NCBI RefSeq assembly: GCF_032062105.1
Contig: NW_026939608.1
Location: 1 to 64,000 of the forward strand
Source of the DNA: Saccostrea cucullata
Lineage: Eukaryota
DNA: 64,000 bases
Direction: 5' to 3'
The notes below the pieces were generated by a model. That model made no database searches, was not told the origin of the DNA, and was given only the letters and a program-made list of their open reading frames with translations. Each line of letters opens with the position of its first letter. The stretch's first letter is position 1. This document shows, piece after piece, positions 37,896 through 52,247 of this stretch. Made by a program: the position numbers and the translations under genes.

Positions 37896-38259
37896 CCACT
37901 GGCACCTGAAGTATGGAAAATACCCCCCCCCCTTTTTTTTGTAAATGAAAAAAAATGTAAGAGTGTATAATATCTCAAAAATATAAAATTTCCCCGTCAA
38001 ACACATCTTATGTCGTTATATGCAAGCAGATTGTACTTTTTCTCACGTTTAAAGAATGACCCTATTCAGTATTTTTATTATACCGAATAGGGTCATTCTC
38101 TAAATGTGAGAAAACGTACAATCTGCTTGCATATAACGACATATAGATGTGTTTGACGTGGAAATTTTATATTTTTGAGATATTACACACTCTTACATTT
38201 TTTTTCATTAACAAAAAAAAAAGGGGGGGGGGTATTATCCATATTTCAGGTGCCTGTGG
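37896..38259. repeat. ~365 bp near-perfect foldback palindrome (MITE-like)
   Basis: Arms of ~175 bp (CCACTGGCACCTGAA..GACCCTATTC / GAATAGGGTC..TTCAGGTGCCTGTGG) around a very short AT loop. Confidence 0.9.
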
Positions 38260-40630
38260 TATTTCTCGGAAAGATGTGAATGTTTTATCATAAATTTGAC
38301 TTTTAAGGTATAGTGAGTCTTCGCTCCATGTTTTTGAAAACCAAAAAATGTATATTTTATTGCAAACTTTTAGGATTATCTTTCAAAAAAAAAAAAAAAT
38401 GGAGCGAAGACCCACTCATATTGAATTTTTTTTTTCAAAGTATGAGAAAATGATCATTTTTGTTCTTTTCAGTGTTTGTATACTTTTTCATAGGCAAATA
38501 ATTTCATTCTTTGCGAGATTTTTGTAAATTGTAGAGATTTTACGTTAAGTATATATACTTTAATGTTAGATGAAATATCAAATAAAATTTGGATATAATT
38601 GAAATTTAATTTTTCACTTCATATCTGTCGCACTATATAGGCACTTCGTCCGCCTTATCTTCCCATCTTCTTTATTTTGCTACATGTAGTAATATATTAT
38701 TAATTATTTCCCCAGTTACATAATTTCTTTTGTCATTTTTAATATTTTTTACCGTGTTAAGTGCTTTCACAAATTCAGCAACTATCCAGTATCTCTTTCC
38801 ATGACCTTGACACATATAACACATATAATCCCTTTCCCCAAAGATTGCCCGCGTATGATACGGCAACTTTATCATTCAAATGCAAGTACACTGTACATAG
38901 TTTCGCCTGTGTCATGTACAAACGAATATGCGCAGCTCATTTTGACATTTTTCCTGCTTCGCCAAGCATTTTCAGTTTTTTACTAGAGTTTCTCCATGTA
39001 CAAAACGGAATAATCTCCTGACGTTCATCTCTCTCTCCTTTTTAATGACGACTACATATCTTTTGGCATTGCTCTCTTTTCCACGAAGCATTATTATATT
39101 ACTTGTAATTCATAATTTGAAACGATATAACGATTTTTATTTGAATGTGTAAATTTTTCTTTTCCTTTTTTGTGCCATTTCACAGAAAATTGTCCCATTT
39201 GACTACACAGGAATGCAGACATCCTGGCAATACCAGAGGTCCTACATTAACATGTTGCTTAGTTGTAAGTCATCAACATCAACTACTATTTGTACAATTT
39301 TTAGTACATTCTACAACTGGAAAGAGGATACAGCCATGAATAATCGTAGAAAATCTTACTACTTTGTATTTAAGGGGGAGGGGGCATAAAAAATCAAACA
39401 CTGTGTGAGTCCCACATTTATTTATGAAGTTTTGAAGACTGACAGTTGTCAAGCAGTTTATAGTGTGTACTTTATACCAACAATAGAGCCTTTCTAGAAA
39501 AACACTAACAGCATAACAGAGAGAAATCATGCTATCTATCAAAACATATATCATGAGAGAGGGCATTGATTCTCAACATGTTACATTCCTAGAATCAAAT
39601 GCTTATCATATACAGATCTATAAACCAGATATACTAAGTAGTATAACCTTAATACAAAGATTATCATTACTTCAATAACAGTGAAGCACAGTGCTGTGTA
39701 AAAATGATAATAATACTCGGAAGTCCTTTATGTAGAAAAGCTTTTTTCCCTGCAATTCTTGAATATGGACATCAAAGAAATACAGCTGATGTCAACAGAG
39801 GTTTCTTCTGAGAATTCCAGCCAATCTGGTGAGCAGTTCAATCACAACCATACAGTCTAATTCACACAGGATGTACTGATAATACCCTGTAAACATAAAT
39901 TGTACATGTACCTTATCAGAACAATTTTCAAAGATGAATTTATGTATATCTTATCAAATGAAATTACATCAAGAACTGACTACTAATTAATGATCAAATG
40001 TGTTTAAAAATCAGCACATCAATCCCTGGAAATATATCAAATTATAAACTTATTTAAATAAAACTCGGTCTCTTTTTTTCATTTTAAGAGTATTGCAGTT
40101 ATGCCCCTTTGTAATGATTTCTTTTCCAGCCTTTAGGGGCATTTTCAGTTATATTGTATACAATATGATTTTATTTTAAGTCTAAAGAGATATTTGCAAT
40201 TACATAAAAAGAACACAATTAGTGATTTTTCGGTTTATTTTACCAGTAACTACAGCTTACTCTATTAAGCAACAAATGTCACCAGTTTGATCTGGGTAAA
40301 TACAACAATTAGATACATGTATTTTAGTTGATAATCTTTGCTACATGTCTATACCCAACAGATACAATAAAACTAATTATGAAACATGTAGCTGAACCAT
40401 TATTCCCAATATTTCCTAGGAAATACATTCAAGTTATTCCCAGGAATAATCAGTATTTGAATATTTCCCAACCCTGCCAACCCTGTTTTGGAATTTTTCC
40501 CCCTTCTTTTACCAGCAATGCAGTAATGTCCCTATATCTTTAATCTCTAATGCAGTTTTACCCCTTTAATGAAAAATGTCACACTCTCCTGTAGTAATTA
40601 CCGAAATAGCCTGTGGGTGGGAGATGGGGC

Positions 40631-42828
40631 TTACATTTCTTTGTAGATATCCCCACTCTCCTCTCCTGACAGTAGAATCAGCTGATCTGAGAAGTCGTAT
40701 TTGGCGGTGTAATGGAAGGCAATACTGGAAAATACTACAAGATATTCACACAGGGCAAATATGGAATACACTGAAATAGAAGAAAAACATACAGAACATA
40801 ACTTTAGGCTATGTACAGCTATATTTTGGTTTTAATTTCCAAACTCATCATATGATAAAACCCTGCATTGATATGTTTACAGAGTATAAGAGAGTCTATA
40901 TTAGTTTTCAAAATTTAAAATGAAAAAATTTTACCTCCAGTTTCACAATACCACTCATGCCTAAAAAACATGTATACTGCTGCCAAGAACATGGTAATGT
41001 TGAAGAAAAAGAGGAACTTTTTATACTGGTAGGACATGACCTCCTAAAAAAGAAGATTCAATGTAGCCTATTTTAAAAGTCACAAAGATAATCATTAGAA
41101 TTTTTTCACAATCGGAGATCATCTGTGGTCCTATAAAGGAGAAGCAAACTCTAACAAATCCAAAAGATAAATTCTTTAGTATCAGTGAGTTTTTCTGTTT
41201 AGATATTTTTCATATTAGCCAATTATGTTATGAAACTATAGGTATATAGAAAATAAAAATAGAATATGAAACGTGTAATTCAAAAACATTTTCAAAAACA
41301 TACATATATTTGTACCGGGTAATATGAATTATTGTTTTATGAAAAATAATACTAATATATGTACTTAGTACTTACATAAGTTCATAGCTAAAGCACTATG
41401 AATATACATACCATTTTTGTCATGGCACGTCCATTGGTAGTGTGACTCCATTTGTAAAGAATACAGGTAAGCAACATATAGCACTCAGAACAAACCATGA
41501 AGGTGATAAACATGTTCTCATGCACAGCTGAAACATAACAATGGTAGAACTTTTATTCATTTGGAATTCAATATTTGAGCATCATTTTCCCCCATGGATT
41601 TGTTAATTTCCTTTAAACATATAAAAATTACATCTTTATCTCTATAGTATAATATCAGTTGGTTAATTTGAGCAAATTTGATATTTAAGTATAATTATGC
41701 ATGGGCTGTACCAAAAAAATTGTACAAATTAAAATACAAAGTACCGGTAATAAAAGGTTGATTTTAATATCGATTCAACTTTATTTACTAATGGTCCCCC
41801 CACCCCCAAAAATCAAAATGTGTCCATTTAGCTATTAGTTTTGTTCTTTTTGTACTAATTTTCCAGATGTAAATGGACAGAGGGAAGTATTGGAGGAAAA
41901 GACAACATTATTATTAATAGTATATTTCCTTTTTCAATGAGCTTGATGGGCAGGAAAGAAATACATGTACATCAGATGTTTATTACCAACCATAATTATC
42001 AGTAGATGATACATAGGTAAGAGTGACTAAAGCTGCATTTTCAATTATATGTAGGAAAACACAGAGCTTTGCAAGGTTCTTGTATAAAGTATTCCTCACT
42101 CCAACATGAAAATGTGTGTAATAGCCATAATATGTGAAAGCAAATAAAAATCTTGGTGCTGCATGAAGAGCTATACATATCCTCCATATATATTTCTGTG
42201 GGGCATATCCTCCAATGGCTGAACTAATGGATGGTAAGTAATTTGATACCTGAAAAATGAACTGATCAGTCAGTTACATGTATACAAGGGTACATACATG
42301 TACATGTAAGTCTGTAGACAATGAGTGTACTTAAGTCACAGTACACTTATTTGTACAGTATCATTATATTTTTATTTGAGATTTGGGAAAAAAAAATTAA
42401 GATTTTAATTGGTGATAAAGTTTATGGCAAAATATTCTCCTGAGATAATCAAAACAAGGAACATGTTCATTTTTTTTCTGTGCTGAATTAAATAGGCATT
42501 TCAAAATCTTTTCTATCAAATACAAATTGTCAAGATTATTCGAGGTATTCTTCATTGACGCCTTAATCAATTTCATGAAATAAATATATATAAATATTTT
42601 AAAATATATGGAGGAAATTCGAATGTCATAATAAAGTACATAACCATTAACATTCAGATTATTCAACTTTTTTTAAATACTCACGCGACAGTGTGTCCAA
42701 GTAGATTCTTTGAAATTATATAAAATCGATAAAACTATACAAACAAAAGCCCCTAATAAAGGCAGAAGAGCTGCAACAGTAACCAACAACGAAAAATTAA
42801 TATTGAAAAGTGATTGCTGTCGAGGCAT
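40631..42828 (-). CDS. PGAP2: PGAP2/FRAG1-family protein, paralogue B (255 aa)
   Basis: Exons 42828-42685, 42249-41991, 41527-41412, 41043-40935, 40770-40631; GT-AG and in phase. Motifs STWTHCRVSNYLPSISSAIG, WRICIALHAAPR, VHENMF, FFRHEWYCETG, LCEYLVVFSSIAFH. Confidence 0.92.
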
Positions 42829-43120
42829 GGTTGACGGAAGTAAATAAACAAAACATAGTCTCACAAGTGTTTTGATTTTTCATTGATACTCGTACTAGAT
42901 TCCAAGCTTCTTCCTAACATCGACAATTACTTTTAACGGCCTTGACACTTCAACGTGTAAACATTTTCTCAAAAGGAAACAGAAAAGATTTTTTCAGACA
43001 GGGAAAAAACAATGCCTGACCCATTCCTCGATAATCACGGTGTACTCATGATATGCAGCACTGCATTGAATTGATGGATAAGTGGGTTTTGAGTCTTTAG
43101 TTTAACTGACAAATACAAAA
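42829..43120. promoter_or_regulatory. Putative bidirectional promoter, PGAP2-B / ATG13
   Basis: Divergent start codons separated by 292 bp; ETS-like CGGAAGT at ~42835. Confidence 0.65.
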
Positions 43121-46100
43121 ATGTCTAAACTTACTCAACAAGACAGAAAGGACTTGGAGAAATTCACCAAGTTTTTGATTTATAAGAGTTTGCAGATCAT
43201 CGTGCAGTCCAGACTTGGAGAAAAAATCCAGACAAAGTCCAAACCATTTTCCTCTGGTGCAGATTGGGTATTTAATTAATTTTCCTTCATTTTTATTAAT
43301 GTACAGATGTAAATTTATAAGTTATTAGAATCATGTTGAATTGCTTAGATTTAAAAGCAAGATTTTTTTCTTGCCTTGGAGTATGTCCGTTTAAAAACCA
43401 TTAATACCTTAATCATGTTAAAATTATGTTGATGGCGTGATCATTGGACAAGCGCAGAGCTTGTATATGGAACCATATGAGATATTTTGGAAATGTTCAG
43501 ATGTCATGATCATGATGATATATTGTACTGTCATGTATATTAGAGGCAATTTCAGAACAAAGTCTGGAAAACTGAAATTTAATTTATACAAAAATATTTG
43601 AAGTACCAATTTATCTTCAACATTCATTAAATATTGTTTATTTGTTTTTTGAAAAACTTAAGTTGTAACTTTTGGGAATGTAATTTACAGCATTACTTTG
43701 ACAATGTAGTTTTTGGAAAGACGCATTTTGCAAAGGATTATGGGCCGAGAAGTTACTGCAGAAAAAATTCCTTTTGAATTACAAATCTTTTTATTTTGCC
43801 AGGCATTGCTTTAATAAACATGATAAAGAGCTGGAAATGCTAGCACTGTATTTATTTTTTGATGTGAAGCAAAGAATTTAAATGATTATAATTATATTAA
43901 ATGTATTTTTTTTTATATTACAGTTCAACCTTGCAATAAAAGATGTTCAAGAAGTGCATACAGAAACAAAGAAGGCTCTTGCAGGACAAACGGCTCTTTT
44001 AAGTCAAAATGTCTGTGTGGAAATTTCTCTCAAAACCTCAGAAGGAGATTCAATGATTTTAGAAACATGGTACATAGGCTTGAACAAAGAGACATGTGAT
44101 CTCAATGCTCGCATTTCCTACACTGTGTACAACCGCATGGGTAGTGCATTAAAGACCTTGCTCAGTATTTCTCGCGTTACTCCAGCATACAAACTTTCTC
44201 GTCAGCAGGGTGTGTGCTCGGATGACTATGTGATATGTTACCGCTTTTACCAAGGGGAGCCTCAGTTTTTCATGCTGGGGGACAATTACCAGACGATTAA
44301 AGTGGGCACAGTGCCCACCCCTGTCGGGACCATTTATATGAACCTGGCCTACAGAACCAAACTCCTTATAACTCCACAGAAATCGTCCAGGGAGATCCTG
44401 ATTGATGTGAAAGACGATCATTTTAAGAAAGACAATAGTCCCAGGAGGCCAACTACACCAAAACCATGTTCTCTAGGATATAGAAGGTATACAGTTAATT
44501 GATGAAAGGAATCGGAAGGCTTTAACCCCTTCAATAACATATAAAGTAAAACTTATTTTGTACGAACAAGGACATGAAGGATATTGCGAAATCACAGATC
44601 TAGCAAAGTTATCTTGGATCCTAGCTATGTAAATTTTAAATTATTAAAACTGCAAATATCACACTAATTTTTGCATCATTTAAGATGCAGGAAATCTTTG
44701 TGATAAAACAATATACAAATCAATTCTGGGAAAAATTTCTTCAGCACCTGAACAATATGTCATTTGATGTACCAAATATATGGTTGTTTGAATTTAAATT
44801 TGTGCACTAAATTACTAGAATACTAATGAGATTCCCTCTTATCAATATCCATGGCAATGGTATGCATGTAGGGAACAGCATTTTACTACTGCTTTAAAAA
44901 TTGAATCTTAAAATTAATTAAATAAATCAATCAGATATTATTTAAACTTACTGTATTTAATGTGGAGAAGAAAAAAAAACAATGCTTTACTTCAGTGTTG
45001 TGTCTATTTACATGTTTCAATTTTTTTTGTTTTGTTTATTTTCAAATCAAGAAGCCTTCTCCCTTCCCATGCATCACAAGCAAATCCCATACTACATGCA
45101 GTATTCAGCCTTACCAATATTATCATGATTATAGCGAAACAAATTAAAATGTTAATGTACTATTACCTTCTTTAATATCAAGTACTTTTCCACTCAATGA
45201 GTTTCACAGGAAGTGAAAATTTGACTTATATAGACCTATGTTACTTATCATAAACAACATGTTTTATTCACATGATTTGTGTTGGAATGTATGTACCGGG
45301 AAAATAACTACTCCAGCATGTCTAGGGTCACCCTTCAAATTATTCCACACATTTATTTACCATGTTTACAATTTTTTTTTATGTTCAAATTTTTACCAAA
45401 GTACCCGAGATGACCGTTGTCTTGCTATCATATGTTTATTGCTGATTTTTTTGGGGGGTGGGGGGTGAGGGGGTAAGTAATTGGGGGGGGGGGGGCTTGG
45501 AAGGATAATAATAATTAAGATAAATATGGCTATTATACTTTGATGCTTATTTAGTAAAGCAACAGGTAAATTACTTTTAGAATTAACAGGAAACCAGAAA
45601 CAGTATAAAAGTGGAAATTCAAAAGTGCCCTTACGTCATGTACATTGTAAACAGTCATATGTTCTATGTACTTTCCATTTGTAAGATTTTTAAATACATT
45701 TCCTGTTAGTGCAGGGTAATACATTCATTTCGTAAGTTACTATTTGTGAAACTAATTAATATAACAAACTTGCTATCAATATTATTTTAATTATTTTGAT
45801 ACAATGTTAGTTAAGGAAGGATTCATCTTTAAAATCATGTACACATTTGGACGTCATGAATTAAAGACATAAATGTACGTAAGAATCATTAATGTGTATT
45901 TTGATTCATTTGATAAATATTATTTTACCATTTTAATAATAAAAATGTAAATAAAATGTTTCTTTAGAAAATTGATAACATTATTGCTTATAATTACTTC
46001 ATATTCACAAAATGACGTTTATGAATAATGGTGAAACATTATGAATAACACTTTATAAAGTGCACTTTCAAAATTTTACACCAATTTATTCTGTTTGTGA

Positions 46101-47579
46101 TATGATTTTGCAATATACATATTCCTGTGATATTTTGTTCAGAATTTCTAGTATCAAATGTTGCCTGGAATGGCAAATGGCATGTTAAGTGGTTATAACT
46201 TATATTAATATTTCCTATAGAAGTATAAAGGTCATAAGAATCTTGTTTTATTTATAGGAACAGTACGTCGGAGGATCTGTTTGGGTATGGGGGGGAGGAC
46301 GGACAGGACCTGTGCTCCACCACGTTTGATAACAGCCCGGGGGAGGCGTTCTTCCACGGTATGTTACAGAACCGGGACCCCCACCAGCTGTCCAGTACCC
46401 CCCAACAGAGGACGACCGGCGGGGCACTGACAGAGGACAGGGAGGGGACAGAACAGGGCAGGGACAAACAGGAAATGTGAGATTATTCTGAAGTGACTGA
46501 GTGTCGATTTATTCACATAACAGAAAATTAAAAAATAAAAGATTTCCACTTCTCAATAGCATTTTGTATTAGATCTGTTTATTTAACAAGCTAGATGTAT
46601 ATGAAGGAAAAGATAATTATATGTATTTTATCTTTTAAATAAATGATAATTTAAACATTGCGATATAAACAAGTTCAATGTATATATGCATATAATTTAA
46701 ATAAATTTATATATTTAGCATAATTTGGAGAAATATAAATATTTGCTGTAAACAGCATTTTTTGAATCATTAAATTAAATGTGTGTTTGTTATGTTTTAG
46801 TGTTGAAAAGCAGCTAAGTTTTACGTCATACCAGAGGATAGGAGCTTTTGCTCAAAAAAGGAATTCCAAGGAGATCAAAACTGACTTTGAGGATGTGCCA
46901 TTCCTAAGCTTACTTCAGCCAGAGAGTAAACCTTCAGACACAAAAACTGAAACATCCGGGGATCAGAATCACCTAGGGTCAAATGACTCTAAGGAGAAAT
47001 CCAGTGGGGAAAAGGCAATAGAGCAGGCTTTATCCCCCTCAGAGAGTATATCCAGCAATACATCAGCACCAGATGACTTTGTCATGGTGGAGTTGGTATG
47101 TTTTATTTGCCAGGTTTTAAAATTAAAGCAAGATCATGAGGAACATAAACTTGGCTATAAACTTGATCATGTGTTCAAAGTAAAGATAGAGATCGCGATT
47201 TCATGTTATGTCTTGATCAAGCTTCATGAATTTTATGTCGTGTGTAAAAGTACATGTATCTATAAGGAGCATTTTTAAGCCTAATTTTACATTTCAAAAT
47301 ATTCAACAATAGTTATGAAATGTTATATCCCTGTGTTATATAGACCTTTCCTCCTGTATTTTACAGAAAACTCCCTTTGCGGGGGCTGATCCTAACACTG
47401 ACCTGGGAACGTTTTACAGAGAGTGCCAGGGAGCCCCACCGCTAGCCATGTGTAGTGGTGAGAGCAATGTCACCGAGGCTCTGGAGGAAATCTCCTGTCA
47501 GCTACAGATGTTTGAGTCTAACATTGAGGGATTTGATGACTTTGTCACCTCAATAACAGAGAGTGTCACTGTAGAGTAA
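43121..47579 (+). CDS. ATG13: Autophagy-related protein 13 (478 aa)
   Basis: Exons 43121-43267, 43924-44486, 46258-46476, 46801-47095, 47367-47579 in phase. HORMA domain QDRKDLEKF..IVQSRLGEK..DWFNLAIKD..VEISLKTSEGDSM..RVTPAYKLSR..VGTVPTPVG, LIR DDFVMV, and C-terminal DLGTFYRECQ..FDDFV. Confidence 0.96.
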
Positions 47580-50500
47580 CCTCCCCTCCCCTCCAGGTTC
47601 AAAGTGCAAGGGTTATTATGTCTTGCACAGGCATTGTTAGTGCTTTCCTCTGTGCTTATCAATTACAATGTATGTTGTCATTATTTTAACAACAACATTT
47701 AATTTTGTCACTACATGTAGTACATACTGCTTTCAGAGAATGAAGTGATTGAAGTAAATTTTTAAAGAGTCAGGGATCAAAAGTTATAAGGTAGAAAATC
47801 AATATGATTGTATAAGTAATAGGATGATTTTTGAAAGTTTAAAAGTCAATGTCAAATTCACTACCTGTAAAAGTCATTTTATGGATTGCGTGCAACAGAG
47901 GTAAGACTATATTTGTCCATTCATACCTGTATTTTTCTCTTATTTTTAAGGTTATGTGAACAGAGGATCAGACATATACATGTGTATATTTGAAACGCAC
48001 AGATTGAGCCCCTTTTCATTTCATTTCATGAGTCTAATACAGCCTGTTTATGAGGGAAAATTGTGCTTTGTGGTGCTTCTTTTTATAATGTGATAAGTGA
48101 GAATAATATTAATATATTGTGTCTTTGTGAACATAAACCCCCTATTGAAAACTTTGGTTACTTTTATTGCATTAAATTTTGTGTATCTGTAAATACTGAG
48201 GGAGTATGTTTATTTTGACAGTGTTACATTTCTGGTCTTGAAACTCTTGTTATTACACTGTCATTTATAGTGTGTTGATCTACTTTTTGTGTGTAAATGA
48301 GGGACATGAGAAGTGTGATGTACATGAACATGTATATTGACTTAAAGTTCATAGTGTACAAAGCCTGCTGGATAGGCTAATCTGCCAATCAATACAACTG
48401 TGGGAGATGTATTCATGCTAGTCAGCATTTAGCTAAATTGAGGAGTACTAGTACTGCAGACAATATTTGGTATTCTCTTGAGTCATGACAATACAGAAAG
48501 TGATGTAGGAAATGTGTGCGATTTTTTTTAATGGAAATGTACGTGTATCTCTGCCAAAAGTTCTTTGTAATGCATGTATGAAATACATGTATTTTGACTT
48601 TTTTTAATAGGAGAAAAAAAAGAAAAAAAATTAAATTTAACTAAATTTAGGTACACATTAACCGTATTGAGTTAACTAATATTAACCTAAAATCAAATCA
48701 TTGTAGTAGATTAACATTTGGATTGTGTTAAGGGATATAACCCTAATGTTTGAATAATCTTATCATTGGTGACACAGGTAATATTTTTTTAAGCAAATGA
48801 ACTGTAATGCATTTATTTTTATCATTATCAGTGCATTACATGTGAGATATTTAATTGCTTTAATAGGTTTTGCAGTTTAAAACCATATACATATATTCAA
48901 AACTTTGTGTGCATATAAGAATTCCATACATGGGAGGGGAAAATGTGTCAATTTATTAGACATGAACATGTATGAATGTTTTGAATAGAAAGAGATTTTT
49001 ATTTTACATCACATTCAGTAATATTTCATAAGTGAGTCATACATGTAGTTACTCTCCAGAACTTTCACTTATACGAGCTATAAAAGAAATTATAAATGAT
49101 ATATAAGCTTATTAAATACAACCCCACTTATAGGCGAGTAATGTGTTAAAACAGAAATCAAAATGTAATAATCCCAAAATGTGTTGTGAACCAAAGCCAT
49201 AGTAAATTTATAGTGATTGCTCCCTCCAGTCCTTGTTTGTTACATGTAATACATATAAATGATATATACATGTATGTATGAATGTGTTAGAATGTGAGCA
49301 AGTCCAGTATTATCTGAGATATTTTTTCATCTATTCTTTTATTCTGACCTAATTTTGTAATTAAGGTTCAAATACAAATCAGAAACAGAAGTGAAGGCTC
49401 AATTTCATAAAGTTACAGTGTATAATATTTTGTCAATTGTTTTTGGCAATCTTAACGTCGGCCCATAAATTTTATCAGAATTTTGAGGGAGACTATATAT
49501 AATGCATATTGATTAGTGCATTTGATGGAAATTTTCAATAATATTGGATATAATTGATCATATAATTCTTAATATAGAAATTAAAACTTGAAGGAAAAAA
49601 AATACCCAAAATCTTATAGAGGATTTAAGAACAATGGAGCAGTGTTATATTTCTTGGTGAATCTTAATAATTTATGTATACATGTACTGCAGTTATTATA
49701 ATATAATTACATGTATATATGTTTATGGAGATGTCAAATCAATGATGAGATTCATTACTTTGTTGGTTCCTTTGTAAGGATCTTTATATAAAGTGTTATG
49801 ACATCAAGGATATGTTACATGTCTGTTATTCTTGATTATAGTATTTTTTTCCCTGCTGATACAAATTTAAAGCACTTGTATACACAGGATATTAAACCTC
49901 AGCAAATATATGTAACAGGATAGGATGAACAAGGCTGGGATTTGAACTTGATCATAAACTTTTATATAAGCCTACTTAATAAGAATAAATGCCCATTAGC
50001 TGTATATGCTTGCATAAGTTCAAAGTCTTCTCATGACAAATTGAATGAATATAAATGTAAGCTTAACTATGACCAATATACTTATTTTAAAAATCTATAT
50101 TTACATTTTCAAATGTTTGCCCTTATATAACAATATTTGAACAAGATGTTTTTACACCGGCGTAAAACACGTTCGTCGTGAATTTCATAGTGACGTCATT
50201 AGTGATTGACGTGTACAACACGTCCAAAGATTCAACCGTTCAAAATAACATGGTCTGGACAATATTTGGAAGAAGAAATGAATATAATTTCGGCGTATGT
50301 ACGGATTTTTAGTCCCTACGTCACGTTTTGCTATTATGAAAATACGGAAAATACATAGCAGCTGTATTTCTTTAGGATCTATCTCAATTTCACGTTTTTT
50401 GATGACTTTAAAAAAAGAGAAAGATTTCAAAAGCAGAAGTGATATCAGGGTGCCAAAATGATGTGGTATAATATGACAACGACCAAGTTATACCATATTT

Positions 50501-50644
50501 TAGCTATCAGAAAAGCCGTTGTTCTTCATTAATGTATGTAAAATCAATGGAAAATGAAATCTTACTGGCATATGCCAAATCTCACGGACAAACCTACTCA
50601 AAAATACTGAGAAACAGCAATATGGGTAAACAGGTCTGGCTAGA

Positions 50645-51237
50645 TGCAAAAAGCCCAAGGGCCTTGAACTCCTCTTCTAAAAATTGTACAACCTATCATG
50701 CACTTCTGTTTGAATACTTGCAATATTCAAAAAGTAGGTCACTGTGACCTATTTTAGAGTCATCATGCATGACATGAGGTTCTAAGACGCATCAAAAGAC
50801 AAGATTCGATGATGAACCTAGTTCTTTATAAGTAGTGAGCAAAGTATTGATGATTTATTCAACTATGAAGTGACCTTGAAACTATCCTCTTTGCCCTAGA
50901 GTGATGTCTAAAACAATTAGCAGTCTCAGGTATAACCTCAATTTTCTGCTCAAGTTTGGTGAAAACCTGCCCAATTTGTCTTTAGAAAAAAGATTTTATA
51001 GAAATCACTGATTTTTTTCTTTTAATTCTCCTTATATTGTCCTCTGTTGACTAAAGGTCACATTCCCATTTTAGGTACAAAAGAGTGTCCCCTTTGGGCC
51101 AAGACTACTCTGTGAAAAAATTGACAAAAATTGGCAAAAAAATTCTTAAGATATGGCTCATATTCCAAAAAGTTAAAACATGCCATACAAATGGCCATGG
51201 CATTAGCTCTCTCAGCCTCATGCCCACATGAGCTAAT
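50645..51237 (-). mobile_element. Degenerate HINE-like element
   Basis: Minus-strand start TTAGCTCATGTGGGCATGAGGC..GAGCTAATG and an AGGCCCTTGGGCT stem-loop at the far end. Confidence 0.5.
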
Positions 51238-52247
51238 AATATGAAAAGAGACAGTTCCTGTGCATAAGAATTTAATGAATCTTCACAGAACATTTGTACT
51301 AAACAATGAATTTTACATCCATCATATCATAAAGAATTGTAAATTTTTGCATAAATTTATTAAAGCAGAAACTAAAATTAATTGCTAAAGAACATGCACA
51401 TTCATTTGACTCTAAAATTGAAACTGATAATTTTGAACAGAAATCTCTGATGAGACTTGCTTCACTGCTTTAAAATGGAAATAGTAGGGTAAATGTGCAC
51501 TTTTGACAATAACAATACTTTAAAAATTCTGAACTTTATAAAAGATGTATATGTACTAACATTTTAAAACAGAAAAAGCATCATTGATAAATGTGTAATA
51601 GAATTTCAGGGGTCTGAAAGAAGAAATTTTATCTAACTGTATCAAAATAATCTACCAGGTAAAAGATTTTTGTATTTATAATGTATATTAATAATATTGC
51701 AAAATTTTAATTCTATTCTGCCATATTGATAACTGATGCAAAGAAATGTGTACATGTATACCATTAGAACACTGGTCAGGAACAGATTATTTATTTTCTT
51801 GTTCATCCAAGGCAGATTATTTATTTTATCATTTTCAAGGACAGATTATTTATTTCCAAAGTCTGCCACCCCCCCCTCCTTAGAATCAAATGGTAGTCCT
51901 CTTGTAAAAGATGCAATTTAATTCTGTTAACCGGGAGAGTGTTGTAAGAAAATTGGTCCAAGCACATACTGAAAGAATATTTATCATGAACAAACAATCA
52001 ATCCATTTATATATATACTGACACTACTGGGTAACACTGTACATGGTAAGCAATGATCTTCTCATAACATACAGGTAACTCCAACCTCATGGAATGAGAA
52101 GGGTAAAACTCTTGATTGTCGTGATTTTGTGAACTTATTATATTGTAATATGCCCACATGCTGTACAGGTTTTATGTATGTTTATTAAAGCTGGATCATA
52201 TTTTGGTACTAAGTGCCATGTCACATACTCATATGTGTTAATTAATA

